The notes: a model not told the origin generated them from the letters alone. DNA of 64,000 nucleotides from Squalus acanthias (GCA_030390025.1 CM059432.1:143346001-143410000); one strand, 5' to 3'; shown: positions 1-12,427, numbered from the stretch's first letter. Translations and numbers: made by a program.

Positions 1-54
1 ATTAGAACTAACAACAGCACAGGTACAATGAGTCAAACGGTCTCCCTCTGTATT

Positions 55-360
55 ACATAGTATTTACAGCACAGTAACAGGCCATTCGGCCCAACTGGTC
101 TCTGCTGGTGTTTATGCTCCACCTGAGCTTCCACTCACCATACTTCATCTCACCCTATCAGCTTTTCCTTCTATTCCTTTCTCCCTCATGTACTTATATC
201 ACTTCCCCTTAAATGCCTCTACACTATTCGCCTCCCTGCGGTAGCGAGTTCCACATTCTCACCACTCTCTGGGGTAAAGAAGTTTCTCCTGAATTCCTTA
301 TTGGATTTATAAGTGACTATCTTATATTTATGGACCCTAGTTTTAGACTCCCCCCACGAG
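55..360 (-). mobile_element. CR1 LINE 3' end fragment
   Basis: Reverse complement of the CR1 ORF2 C-terminus and 3' UTR (ttctttacccagagagtggtgagaatgtggaactcgct-type), same type as 2160-2450 and 55170-55460. Confidence 0.8.
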
Positions 361-383
361 TGTGATTTGTGTATCTGTACCCC

Positions 384-1186
384 TAGATCCGGAGAAGTGT
401 GAGGTAATGCATTTGGGGAGGGCTAAGAAGGCAAGGGAATACACTATAAATGGTAGGACACTGAGAAGTGCAGAGGATCAGAGGGACCTTGGAGTGCATG
501 TCCACAGATCCCTGAAGGTAGCAGGACAGGTAGATCAGGTGGTTAAGAAGGCATACGGGATACTTGCCTTTATTAGCCGAGGCATAGAATATAAGAGCAG
601 GGAGGTTATGCTTGAACTGTATAAAACACTAGTTAGGCTGCAGCTAGAATACTGCGTGCAGTTCTGGTCACCACATTACAGGAAGGATGTGATTGCACTA
701 GAGAGGGTGCAGAGGAGATTTACGAGGATGTTGCCTGGGCTGGGGAATTTTAGCTATGAGGAAAGATTGGATAGGCTGGGGTTGTTTTCTTTGGAACAGA
801 GGAGGCTGAGGGGAGATCTAATTGAAGTGTATAAAATTATGAGGGGCCAAGATAGAGTGGATAGGAAGGGCCTATTTCCTTTAGCAAAGTGGTCAATAAC
901 CAGGGGGCATAGATTTAAAGTAATTGGTAGGAGGATTAGAGGGGATTTGAGGGGAAATCTCTTCACCCAGTGGGTGTTTGGGGTCTGGGACTCACTGCCT
1001 GAAAGGGTGGCAGAGGCAGAAACCCTCATCACATTTAAAAAGTACTTGGGTATGAGGTTGAAGTGCCGTAACCTACAAGGCTACGGACCAAGTGCTGGAA
1101 AGTGGGATTAGGCTGGATGGCTCTTTGTCGGCCGGCATGGACAAGATGGGCCGAATGGCCTCCTTCTGTGCTGTAAATTTCTATGA
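384..1186 (+). mobile_element. CR1 LINE, 5'-truncated (ORF2 C-terminal region and tail)
   Basis: ORF 362-1111 has KCEVMHLGR, RDLGV, LEYCVQFWSP, LERVQRRFTRM and RRLRGDLIEVYKI; tail ends ttctatg. Confidence 0.95.
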
Positions 1187-1804
1187 CCCCTTTGCAACTC
1201 TAGCCCATTTAGATTGTATGCCCAGTAATATATTCGATTATCACCATAGTAGCAGCCTGGGCCTTGTAATTTAAAAGATTGTCAGAGCTCCAGCTTTATC
1301 AAGCAGTATTGTCTGTGATTTTATCGAGTGTTTGCAAACACAGATGTAACCGAATTTGTTGTGGTGTGAAGGAATGCTAACTGAAGGAGCTGATGGATGA
1401 GTCTGAGTGACAGAGGTATTTCCATTGATTAAAAGCAGCTCACAACAACGTGATGAATGTAAATGAATAGCAACTTGTAAGGAACTGCTGCAAACTTTTG
1501 AGCAGCTGGACTGGAACACTAGTCAGGAGAAAGATGATGGATTGCACATCTGGCTCATCTGTGTCGAACCAGTCCAATAACCTCTGGGTACTTCTGGCCT
1601 GATGGAGAGGCCTGTGAGATCTCAAACTTGGCTCTGATGTTTCACCTGGGCACAGAAGCAGCTGGTTTGCATGACTGGAGGTCAAGAAACTCTTTGCCTC
1701 ACCGGTTTTACTTTGAAAATGCAAGACCACGGATGCTGCCCACATTCAGGGAGGCTGCAGTGTGCAGAGAAACCTCAACGCCCACTGACAACATTCCCTA
1801 TTTT

Positions 1805-2030
1805 GTTTTATTCATTCTGGGGATGTGGGCATCGCTGGCAAGGCTAGCATTTATTGTCCATTCCTATTTGCCCTAACTGAATGGCTTGCTGGGCCACTTC
1901 AGAGAGCAGTTAAGAGTCAACAATGTTGGCGAGGGACTGGAGTCAGGTATAGGCCCACACCAGGTAAGGACAGCAGGTTTCCTTCCCTATAGGACAGCAG
2001 TGAACCAGTTGGGTTTTTACGACAATCAAC
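1805..2030 (-). mobile_element. SINE 3' fragment with CR1-type tail (same family as 33258-33682)
   Basis: Shares ggatgtgggcatcgctggcaagg, cagttaagagtcaac and gggtttttacgacaatc with the fuller copy. Confidence 0.7.
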
Positions 2031-2159
2031 TAATTTGATCACCCACCCGCCGTGATTCATGCTGGGATATAGTTGCACAGGTGAGATTAAGAACTAGTTA
2101 GCAATGAGATGAAAATCCATTAATCTGTTTTTGGGAATATTGATTGAACACAGAATATT

Positions 2160-4810
2160 GGCCATTTATGCTCCACTCAAGCCTCCTCCCATCTTTCCTC
2201 ATCTAACTATCAGCATAACCCTCTATTCCCTTCTCTCCCGTATGCTTATCTAGCCTTCCCTTAAATGTATCTATACGATTCGCTTCAACCACTCCCTGTA
2301 GTAGCGAGTTCCACATTTTCACCACTCTCTGGGTAAAGGAGTTCCTTCTGAATTCCCTAGTAGATTTCTTAGTGACTATCTTATATTGATGGCCTCTAGT
2401 TTTGCTTTTCCCCACAAGGGGAAACATTCTCTCTGTGTCTACTCTATCAAAAACTTTCATAATTTTAAAGACCTCCATTAGGTTGCCCCTCAACCTACTC
2501 AGCCTTCTCTTTTCAAGAGAAAAGAGACAGCCTGTTCATCCTTTACTGATTGGTATACCCTCACATTTCTGGTATCATCCTTGTAAATCTTTTTTGCATC
2601 CTCTCTAGTGCCTCTATATCCTTTTCATAATATGGCGACCAGAATTGCACACAGTACTCCAAGTGTGGTCTAACCAGGGTTCGATACAAGTTTAGCATAA
2701 CTTCTCTACTTTTCAACTCTATCCCTCCAGAAATAAACCCTACTGCTTGGTTTGCTATTTTTATGGCCTTATTAACCTGTGTCACAACTTTGTGATGTAT
2801 GCATTTGTATTCTGAGATCCCTTTGCTCTTCTATCCCATTTAGATTAGTATTTTCCAAATAATATGTGACCTCCCTATTTTTCTTACCAAAATGTAATAC
2901 CTCACATTTATCTGTGTTGAAATTCATTTGCCAATTATATGCCCATTCTGCAAGTTTATTAATGTCTTCTTGTAATTTGTTGCAGTCCTCCTCGGTATTT
3001 ACTATCCCGCCTCCCCCCACAATTTGGTGTCATCTGCAAATTTTGAAATTGTGTTTTTTATTCCAAAGTCTAAATTGTTAATATAAATTGTGAACAACAG
3101 TGGTCCCAGCACTGATCCTTGTGGAACACCACTTCCCACCTTATGCCACTCTGAATAGCTACCCTTTACATCTACTCTCTGCTTTCTGTCTTGAAGCCAG
3201 CTAGCTATCCATTCTGTTACTTGTCCCCTGACTCCGCATTCTCTGACCTTATTCATTAATCTATTAATTTATTATGTGGCACCTTATCGAAGGCCTTTTG
3301 AAAATCTAGATAAATTACATCTACTGCATTACCCTTGTCTACTCTCTCTGTTACCTCTTCAAAAAATTCAATGAGGTTGGTCAAGCAAGATTTTCCCCTT
3401 TGAAATCTATGCTGACTATTCATTATTATATTTTTGGTTTCTAGATGTTCTATTTTCTGCTTTAGTAAGGATTCCATTATTTTTCCGACCACCGATGTTA
3501 AGCTGACTGGTCTATAGTTTCCTGGACTTGTTCTATCTCCCTTCTTAAATATAGGTATTACGTTAGCTATCCACCAATCCTCTGACACTACACCCTTTTC
3601 TACCGAATTATTAAGTATGTGTAGTAGTACCTCTGTTATCTCTTCCCTAAATTATTTAAAAATGCACAGATGTAATCTGTCCAGGGGTTTTATCCTCTTT
3701 GAGTTTGATTAGTTTATTTCATATTTCTCCTCTATTTTAAATGGGGTTCTCTCATTTCTAATCTCATCATGCGGTGTCATGTCCACCTGATCTGTCTCCC
3801 TGGTAAATACTGAAGCAAAGTAATTATTTAATATTTGTAATTTCTCTAGCGCTGTCTGTGATTTTATCCAGTCCATCCCTATGTGGTCTTATTCCCATCC
3901 AGACTTTCCTTTGTTATTGATGTGCCTGTAAAATATTTTACTATTTTGTTTTATGTTCCTTGATAATTTAATTTCATAGTTTCTCTTTGCCTTCCTAATT
4001 ACTTTTTCGACTTCTCTCCTAATCGCTTCATATTCTCCCTTGTCATGCTCTCCCCTGCTGTCCATGTACTTACTGTAGGCCTCTTTCCCTACCCTCAATT
4101 TTTCCCTTATGTCTTTTTCATTCATGGTGTCTCATTAGTGTTTATCTTGTTCTGGTTTTTTAGTGGAATATATTTTTCCTGGACTCTGTTGAACAAAGTT
4201 TTAAATGCTTCCTATTTCTGTTCTACATAATTGTTTGCAAATATTGTCCATTTTATTTTCCCAGGTTCTATTCTCAGCCCCATAAAATCAGCTTTTCTCC
4301 AATCTATTACCCTGGTCTTCGTCATACTTATGTCCTTCTCAATTATTATCTTAAAGCATATTATATTATGGTCACTATTGCCTAGATGGTCCCCTACTCT
4401 TACTTCTGTTATCTGCTCTGGTTTATTCTCCATTACATCATGATTACTAGATTCAGTAGTGAATCCTCCCTTGTCGGGCTTCTTACACATTGGGTTAGAA
4501 AGGAGTCCTGTACACATTGTAGGAACTCCATTCCCTTATCCGCTTTACCTACCTCTTCTGGCCAATTAATACTGGGGTAGTTGAAATTCCCCATGATTAT
4601 TATTCTATGTTTTCTACTAATTTCCCTAATTTGTTTGCATATTTCTTCCTCCACCTCCCTTCCCCTATTAGGTGATCTGTAGACTACCCCTATTAGTGTG
4701 ATAAATCCTTTAATATCTTTTACCTCTATCCACATAGATTCTATTTCTGTCTTACTGATAGTTGCGTCACTTTTTTCTACTTCCATTGTTATCCCTAACA
4801 AGTACAGCTA
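2160..4810 (-). mobile_element. CR1 LINE, long frameshifted ORF2 (AP endonuclease plus reverse transcriptase)
   Basis: ORF fragments with endonuclease (GVVYRSPN, MGNFNYP, HLGNSDHN) and RT ([37 protein letters not shown]) motifs. Confidence 0.96.
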
Positions 4811-5233
4811 CTCCACCTCCCCTGTCGATCTGTCTGGAATGTACTCAACAGCTGAGCATCCACAGCCCTCTGGGGTAGAGAATTACATATGTAACGATGC
4901 GTTCAGTTTGTTGAGGTACAGTCCCCACCACTTAAATCATCCATGTTTAAAAGGGGCTGTCCCTTATACCGGCCAAAAAGCAATAACCATTATCCATTTA
5001 CATTAACCTCAATTTCAAAGTTGCCGGTTACAGCATCTTAAGAGCTCTGTTTATTTTGGGCAGAAACAGCTACACTTACGCATTCGTTCGCACCTCATTA
5101 AGGTGCACTGAATCAAGAACAAACATAAGTAAGTAACACGATAGCACTTAGTTAATGTACTTAAGGCCTTCTAATCCCCTCTCAGTGAGAAGTCGCACAA
5201 CACCAGGTTATAGTCCAACAGTTTTATTTGAAA

Positions 5234-5271
5234 TCACAAGCTTTCGGAGCGGCTGCTCCTTCGTCAGGTGA
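5234..5271 (-). ncRNA. Minimal type I hammerhead ribozyme motif
   Basis: UCAC-CUGACGA-A-GGAGC(AGCC)GCUCC-GAAA-GCUU-GUGA: helix I UCAC/GUGA, intact core, 5-bp helix II, palindromic helix III AAGCUU, CUU cleavage triplet. Confidence 0.8.
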
Positions 5272-5720
5272 AGTGAAGAAATACGAATCGGCACAGCATA
5301 TATAGACAGAGAACAATGCCCGTGCAGAGTACAATGTCAGACGACTACAGTTAATCTTTCTGACTGCCTTTTATCACACCTCGGCAGAGAGACAATCAGG
5401 TCAGTCAGGAAGACATTATATCAAAGACATAGCAAAATACAACTAAGACAATGAGGTGGGGTCACAGGGGGTCTAATGTGTCAAATGCTGCAGTCTGTAT
5501 GGAAAACCATCTGACACATTAGACCCCCTGTGACCCCACCTCATTGTCCTAGTTGTATTTTGCTGTGTCTTTGATATGTCTTCCTGACTGACCTGATTGT
5601 CTCTCTGTCGAGGTGTGATAAAGGGCAGTCAGAAAGATTAACTGTAGTCGTCTGGCATTGTACGCTGCACAGGCATTGTTCTCTGTCTATATATGCTTTG
5701 CCGATTCGTATTCCTTCACT

Positions 5721-5758
5721 TCACCTGACGAAGGGGCAGCAGCTCCGAAAGCTTGTGA
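5721..5758 (+). ncRNA. Minimal type I hammerhead ribozyme motif
   Basis: UCAC-CUGACGA-A-GGGGC(AGCA)GCUCC-GAAA-GCUU-GUGA; one G-U wobble in helix II. Confidence 0.8.
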
Positions 5759-5936
5759 TTTCAAATAAAACTGTTGGACTATAACCTGGTGTTGTGCGAC
5801 TTCTCACTTTTGTCCACCCCAGTCCAACACCGGCATCTCCGCATCATGGCCCCTCTCAGTGGTGTGTGGTTACAGTTTATACTAAGCACTGACTGCAGTT
5901 TAAATAAAGCTAGTTGCATTGCATGCAGTCTTTTAG

Positions 5937-6391
5937 TTTATTTGTGATCGACAACATTCTTGTTATATAGTAGAGTAGAGTCTTAACACTACCGCATTAT
6001 ACTGGCCATTGCGTATAGCGGGCAAATCATGGTTGCACGAACACCCCACTATAAATGGTGGGGAGTGTACTTGCCCATACGTAACAAGCATTCTCCATGG
6101 GGGGCAGTGATTTATTAGTTAAGGCTCTGGGGCAGGGTGGGGTACAGGGGGTGGGGTGGGGGGCAGTCAGGTGACAGCATCCTGGGTCTGGTGCCATTGT
6201 CCTTCACAGAGCAGGGAGTGCTGTGCTGTTCTGTCTTGTTGCTCCTAATCATCTTTTGTGCAGAATCGAGGTTCCCATGATGTGCATCATATGGTGAGGA
6301 GGAGCCTGGTAAGTCTCCAGGTCCAGACGGAGGCTGCACATCACATGGCTAGATCGGCACCTACCCCCCTGGTGCCTTACCCATGTTTATT
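5937..6391 (-). terminator. Candidate NUDCD1 polyadenylation signals (AATAAA at 6386-6391, 6111-6116, 5937-5942)
   Basis: TTTATT on the plus strand downstream of the stop codon. Which one is used cannot be determined from sequence. Confidence 0.35.
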
Positions 6392-6708
6392 GGTGGGAGG
6401 AAGCTGTGCTTTGACACAGCAGGGTCGCACACAGAGTTTTGATGCACAAATTGAGACATTATGCTTGGATTCCAAAGTGTGAAGCCATTTTTAATTATGC
6501 ATCGACAAGATGTGCCATTTAAGGAGCACAATCTGCCACATCTGTGCACAGAGCTGCTCAAAGAAATATAAATTCTGGGATAACTAGAGCTATATGAACA
6601 GATATCATTGTGTTTTGTATCTCTTATGATGGGAAGCTAAACTAAACTAAAACTGTAATAAACTGCTTTACATGGCATCCTGAATCCCTCCGAAATATCG
6701 CACTGATT

Positions 6709-7007
6709 TTACTGAGAGTTGTCTGCATTCACTTTAATTACAAACAAGTTCTTTGTTGTTAAAACAAATAGCCTCTCATTTGTAGCTTGAAAGCCCAACA
6801 CGGGATCATTGGTTTCCAGGCTGGCAACCTGCTGCTTGGCCACCTGCCCTACATGCCTTGCTTCTTTTCGGTTGTAAAGTACGGTCTGAACAGGCGTGGG
6901 CTGGCGGTAAATGAAGACTCGACGGAAGCATTCACATAGAGCAGCGTAGGAGTAGTTTGGAGCACATGTCGAGAACTTCTTCTCGCGTTTAGACGCTTGA
7001 ACATAGC
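6709..7007 (-). CDS. NUDCD1: NUDCD1 terminal coding exon (exon 10 equivalent), ends in TAA
   Basis: (G)[36 protein letters not shown]...[44 protein letters not shown], near-identical to the recalled human C-terminus; acceptor tctcttgttccag|GC. Confidence 0.97.
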
Positions 7008-7052
7008 CTGGAACAAGAGAAGGTTTTAACTTTATTAGACAGTATACTGAAA

Positions 7053-8440
7053 AGACTTGCATTTATACAGTGGCTTGCACTACCTCAAGGTGAAATCCGG
7101 GAGCACCATGCAGTCTCCTGCTCTAACTCGTTCTTTCCCAGAACCTCGAGACTGTGCAACTTCTTAATCTCCCTCCTATAAACCCAAGCTTGGCATCATG
7201 TAATCACCACTGCCAGACTTCCTTTACTCTTTCCTGTGGGCCTTCGCTCTTCCCCTTGGTTTCTCAATTCAAAAAATGCAAACCAGGTCAATCAGGTTGT
7301 GGGTTCAAGTCCTACTCTATGACTTGAGCACATAATCCAGGCTGACACTTCAGTGCAGTGCTGTGGGAGTGACAAAGCACTTTACAGCCAATGAAGTACT
7401 TTTTTTTGAAGTGTTGTCACTGTTGAAACGTAGTAAACCTCGCAGCCAATTTGCACACAGCAAGCTCCCACAAACAGCAATGAGATAAATGACCAGATAA
7501 TCTGTTTTTCACTAATGTTTGTTGAGGGATAAATATTGGCCAGGACACATAGAAACATAGAAAAATAGGAGCAGGAGTAGGCCATTTGGCCCTTCGAGCC
7601 TGCTCCGCCATTCAATATGATCATGGCTGATCCTCTATCTCAATACCATATTCCCGCTCTCTCGCCATACCCCTTGATGCCTTTTGTGTCTAGAAATCTA
7701 TCTATCTCCTTCTTAAATATATTCAGTGACTAGGCCTCCACAGCCTTCTGTGGTAGAGAATTCCACAGGTTCACCACCCTCTGAGTGAAGACATTTCTTC
7801 TCATCGCAGTCCTAAATGTCCTAACCCGTATCCTGAGACTGTGACCCCTCGTTCTAGACCCCCCAACTAGGAGAAACATCCTCCCTGCATCCAGTCTGTC
7901 TAGCCCTGTCAGAATTTTATACGTTTCAATGAGATCCCCTCTCATTCTTCTAAACTCTGGTGAATACAGGTCTAGTCGACCCAATCTCTCCTCATACGAC
8001 AGTCCTGCCATCCCAGGAATCAGTCGGGTGAACCTTCGCTGCACTCCCTCTATGGCAAGTATATCCTTTCTTGGGTAAGGAGACCAAAACTGCACACACT
8101 ACTCCAGGTGTGGTCTCACCAAGGCCCTGTATAACTGTAGTAAGACATCCTTGCTCCTGTACTCAAATCCTCTTGTAATGAAGGCCAACATACCATTTGC
8201 CTTCCTAACTGTTTGCTGCACCTGCATGTTTGCTTTCAGTGACTGGTGTACAAGGGCACCCAGGACACCGGGGATAACTCCCCTGCTCTCCTTCAAAATA
8301 GTACCATGGGATCTTTTACGTCCACTTGAGAGTCTCAACCAAAAGACGACACCTCAGACAGTGCAGCACTCCCTCAGTACTGCACTGAAGTGTCAGCCTA
8401 GATTATGTGCTCAACTCATAGAGTAGGACTTGAACCCACA
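7053..8440 (-). mobile_element. Deu-domain tRNA-derived SINE (SacSINE1-like), split by an inverted duplication (7091-7371) and a CR1 insertion (7549-8259)
   Basis: Segments 7053-7090, 7372-7548 and 8260-8440 join into the reverse complement of the SINE at 29369-29829. Confidence 0.8.
7549..8259 (-). mobile_element. Young 5'-truncated CR1 LINE with 9-bp TSD
   Basis: QFWSPY, EGVQRRFTRLIPG and RRMRGDLIETYKI motifs; ctatgtttctatg tail; TSD ccaggacac at 7540-7548 and 8260-8268. Confidence 0.93.
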
Positions 8441-9047
8441 GGCTTATACAAGATTGACATGGTTTGCATTTTTTGGAGTGAGAAATCAAGTGGAAGAGCG
8501 AAGGCCCACATGCAGGCCACAGGAAATAGTAAAGGAAGTTAGGCAGTGGCGATTACATGACGCCAAGCTTGGGTTTATAGGAGGGAGGCAAGACTGAGGG
8601 AGGTAAGGAGTTCCACAGTCTCGAGGTTCTGGGAAAGAATGAGTTAGAGCAGGAGACTGCATGGTGGTCCTGGATTTCAACACAATGAGGATGTAGGAGG
8701 AGGAACGGCATATAGGGAGGTGTATTTGCAATTTAGGAGAAATTGGGGGATGGGGGGGGGGGGGGGAAGTGCAGAGAGGTGATGATAGCAGTATCAATAA
8801 AATAGAAGGGGAGGAGACACAGAGAGGGTGAGCAAGTGCGAGAAAGACATGCACAGAAAGAGATATAGGCAGAGAGAGAGAGAGAGAGAGAGAGACACGC
8901 ACACAGATTGGAGGCTTGAGATGGGAGAGGGATTGGTAATCAGACAAGCTTCTCTTGTAACTTGTTCAGAAATGTGGCAGAGGTACTGGAAGAGCCTGCC
9001 CAAATATAGCAGCAGTGTTCACCTCTTGGCCAAATGTCTGCGTTAGA

Positions 9048-9149
9048 GGTAGGAATCGTTGTGCGGTAGGAATCGTTGTGCGGTAGGAATCGTTGTGCGG
9101 TAGGAATCGTTGTGCGGTAGGAATCGTTGTGCGGTAGGAATCGTTGTGC
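9048..9149. repeat. Perfect 17-bp minisatellite (GGTAGGAATCGTTGTGC)x6
   Basis: Six identical contiguous units, no spacers. Confidence 0.98.
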
Positions 9150-9889
9150 GATAAAGAAGCGTTTGGCACGAAAGAGGAAGCCCGACATTTTGGTGGCAAC
9201 TTTGGCAATTGAGATGTAGGAGTTCTATTGAGGGCAGAAAGGATAATGGAGCCAAGAATGGCAACAGATGAAGGGTGGAACCATCAAAGGCAAATGCTGA
9301 TAGGCGCTGGTTAGGCTTTTGAGAGACACGAAGGAATTTGTTTGTGAAGAACTGATTGTTTTCTATTACAATAAGGGACATGGAGGAGGTGTAGTGATTC
9401 AGCCAGCTCGCTGGTAGGAGTGCAGCTGGTGCGACCTTTACCAAAAGCATTAAGATTAATTTCAGGTGGAAAAAAAGAGATAAAAAGCTCAGAAGAGGGG
9501 TGCATAGGAGGACTCACAAAAGTTATGAGACAGAGCTTGGGCAAAGGAGCAGCTGCTGGGGGAGGGGGGGGGGCTGCAGGAAGAAAGTGGTTGACTCATT
9601 TCATGAAGTTACACTTGGCAGCTCTTGTAGTGGATTTCCAGATGTTCTGTGCTAGGATAAATCTGGCTTGGGATGCTTCAAATTAATCAGGCTGGCAGGC
9701 AGAGTTTTGTACATGAGACAGTAGACTGGCATGTATGATTCAACCAAGATGTAGCATCAGATCCGATGGAAGGGAGCCATGAGGTATGAAAACTTCCATG
9801 ACAGCTAGAACAACATTTACTTCACCAACAGACAGACGGATCAGAAGATTTGTACTGCCAAACCTTAGGGAACTAGCTTAAAGTGTGCT

Positions 9890-10272
9890 TTGTTTTTAAA
9901 TTCTCATCCTTGTTTTCAAATCCCTCCATTGCCTGGCTCCTCTCTAGCTCTGTAACCTCCTCCAGCCCTACAACGCTCAAAGTTCTCTGCACTCCTCCAA
10001 TTCTGGCCTTTTGAGCATTCCCAGTGGCGACCATGCTTTCAGCTGTCAAGGCCCCAAGTTCTGAAATTCCCTCCCTAAACCTCTCCACCTCTCTCTCTCT
10101 CCTCCTTTAAGTCGCTCCTTAAAACCTACCACTTTGACCAAGCTTTTGGTCACCTGTCCCAATATCTCCTTATGTGGCTCGGCTTCAAATTCTGTCTGGT
10201 AACACTTCTGCGCAGCGCCTTGGGACGTTTTACTACGTTAAAGGCGCTGTATAAATGCAAGTTATTGTTGTT
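9890..10272 (+). mobile_element. L2-type LINE 3' fragment
   Basis: ttttaaattctcatccttgttttcaaatccctccat ... aaggcgctgtataaatgcaagttattgttgttg tail; related copies at 36930-37100, 38028-38538 and 56715-57110. Confidence 0.85.
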
Positions 10273-11554
10273 GGATATTCGACTAGAGGCAAATATGAGA
10301 TAGTGAGCACAAGAACCCAGCGGTGAGGAAACAGATACAATGCAAGAGTTAGGACCAAAGGTGTGCAAAACATCTAAATGATTAGCTGAATTACAGGGCC
10401 AGTAAAGGATACGAATAGGTTTGAGGTTATTCAGGATAGCAAAGGACTAAATATTTTTGCCAGCCTGATGAGGCAAAGAAACGTGTAGCCATTGTTTGAA
10501 CACTGAAGCCTCCAAAGGTGGCAATTTCAGCTGAGGGCGAAGTTCAAGTTATGATAAAAGAAACTGAAAAGTTCGAGAGAGTTGTCAAGCTTAGGGCAGT
10601 AATCGAAATAGCAGTCGAATTTGGTGAGATGAAGGAGAGAGACTTGCAGCCACAGGAAATCCAAGTCAGGTGATTCAAAGAAGTACCTATATGATGTGCC
10701 CATGTCAATCTTTCAAGTCTGAGCCTTCGAATAGCTGGAAGATAGACCTTTAAAACCGATTTTCAGGTAAGGACTGCTTTTAAAAAAAACTTGTTCCCAC
10801 CTCCAAAATGCATGGTGGGAACCAGGAGAAAGAAGAAACAAGGCAAGTAAAAGGTTAAAAACTATTTTTAAGGGGAAATTGCTAGGATAGCTGGACTAGG
10901 TAAAAAAAAAAGTAAAATTTAAAAATAGGACAGCGAAGAATGAAAAAGGTAAAATGTTAAAAATAAAAATGGCAGGGTGAGCAGAATTAAGTGTTCAGTT
11001 CTATTTTATTTTTGCATTAAAATTGTTTAAAGTGTATATTTTAGCCCTGTAAGCTTGGTGTTATAGTAATAGCACTACCCTGACATGAAGCTGTAATTGT
11101 CGTGTTTATTTCAGTGTCAAAGTGCTCGAGTTGAAAACAAACAAAAGCACTAGCCCAGGGAGAAAGAATTTTCCGTGGACTGGTTACCAATCCAAGGGTT
11201 AATGCTAAACAGATATGTTATCTAGTACAATCACCCTCCCTTTTTTTAGGCTTTCCAATAAAGTCTGACTTCTGATGTGTCACACCATTGAATTGGCTCC
11301 CTCATTGATAGCTAACCAATCTGAAATACCCCATTATACATGTGGATGGCTCCCAAACACAGCCTTACTAAATTTACATCTGATGGCAACCTAGAACCTG
11401 CAAAAATAACTTAACAGAGAAACCTAAAGAAACCAAAAAAAAGAGCTGTTAATCACAACTTATTAAAAAGTGTGAAGCATTCATGAAATACGAGACTGTC
11501 CAACAAACTGACTGTAAAAGGGCTCATGTAGCACGCTGACAGTTCTTGTCCTAC

Positions 11555-11711
11555 CTAAAGCATTGAATGTCCCAATGTGCTCCCACATGTTCTCTTGTTT
11601 TGGGTGTGGTTGCCACAGAAGTGCATCAACATCATGGCGCAGACACAAGCATGGCATCTCAGCCGGATCCACCACAGCTGTGAACAGATACTGGTGACTG
11701 CCCAGATTAAC
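11555..11711 (-). CDS. NUDCD1: NUDCD1 coding exon 9 equivalent, 157 nt
   Basis: [52 protein letters not shown](G); tttcag|GTT and TTAG|gtagga; phase 0/1. Confidence 0.97.
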
Positions 11712-12427
11712 CTGAAACCAAAAATGAAAGACACGTTCAAGCATTGAAACATCGTGAGTGAGAAGGGAGAGGTGGCTGCAGTAGCCAAGGGCTCCAGTAG
11801 TGATGTTTACAAGATTGTATTTATTGTAAGGCATAGGAGTATCCATACCTTATGTAAATAACTGTTACCTCATTGATCTTGGGGGAAAAAAGTGCTGATG
11901 TTTTACACTGATATCTGTATTCAGATATCCATATTGGTATTGGAATAGCCTCGACTCAACAGGCATTTGAATATATTTTTCATGGACTTAGGAACTTACT
12001 AATTACGGCAAATCATCATGCTTTAAATGCAAGGCTCCTCCATGCAGTAGCTTCCATAGCTAGCAATACAAGTGGCCCAAACAATTTTCACCAACCTATG
12101 CACGCTCTCTCTCAATATAACACACATACATCGAACACCATGGCATCTTAATTCTACAATGGCTGATGGCTCTCGCTTCACTACCGAGCAGGTCGGGAGG
12201 AGAATTGGTGGAGGTTGATGGCCTTCATTCAGGAGAATAAAATATATGTTAATGTTGACTAGTGTAGTAATAGGGGCCTTTTCAGCTCAGACAGCAGAAG
12301 CAAAATTTCACAATAAGAGGGACCAGTTCCCCAAAGCCTTTTGACGATTCCAACTTTTGTACATAACTTTAAGTTTCAGACCCTGGATGAACAGTTGAGA
12401 CTCTTCCTTTAAACAACCATTCCGGTT

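Larger units (their letters stand above)
5188..5849 (+). mobile_element. Non-coding Penelope-like foldback element with ~300-bp inverted arms and 12-bp TSD
   Basis: Arms 5184-5487 and 5508-5808 with a 20-nt loop; TSD cccctctcagtg at 5176-5187 and 5850-5861; hammerhead motif in each arm. Confidence 0.85.
8450..10770 (-). mobile_element. Ancient, heavily decayed LINE ORF2 (CR1/L2-group RT), interrupted by (GA)n, a minisatellite and an L2 fragment
   Basis: Residual motifs GFLFRAKRFF and WPRGEHCCYIWAGSSSTSATFLNKLQEK (RPxxEYCxxIWAG-like) and NLNAFGK (DxxKAFDK-like). Boundaries approximate. Confidence 0.6.

Noticed and set aside
362..1111. 249-aa ORF as a host gene
   Set aside because: It is the C-terminal part of CR1 ORF2, lacks the RT catalytic core, and has many paralogous fragments in this window.
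8486..9046. Low-complexity ORFs (153, 69 and 72 aa)
   Set aside because: They arise from (GA)n and purine-rich tracts and antisense LINE remnants, with no splice or homology support.
9048..9149. Possible CRISPR array
   Set aside because: Units are contiguous with no unique spacers, there are no cas genes, and the context is a eukaryotic intron.
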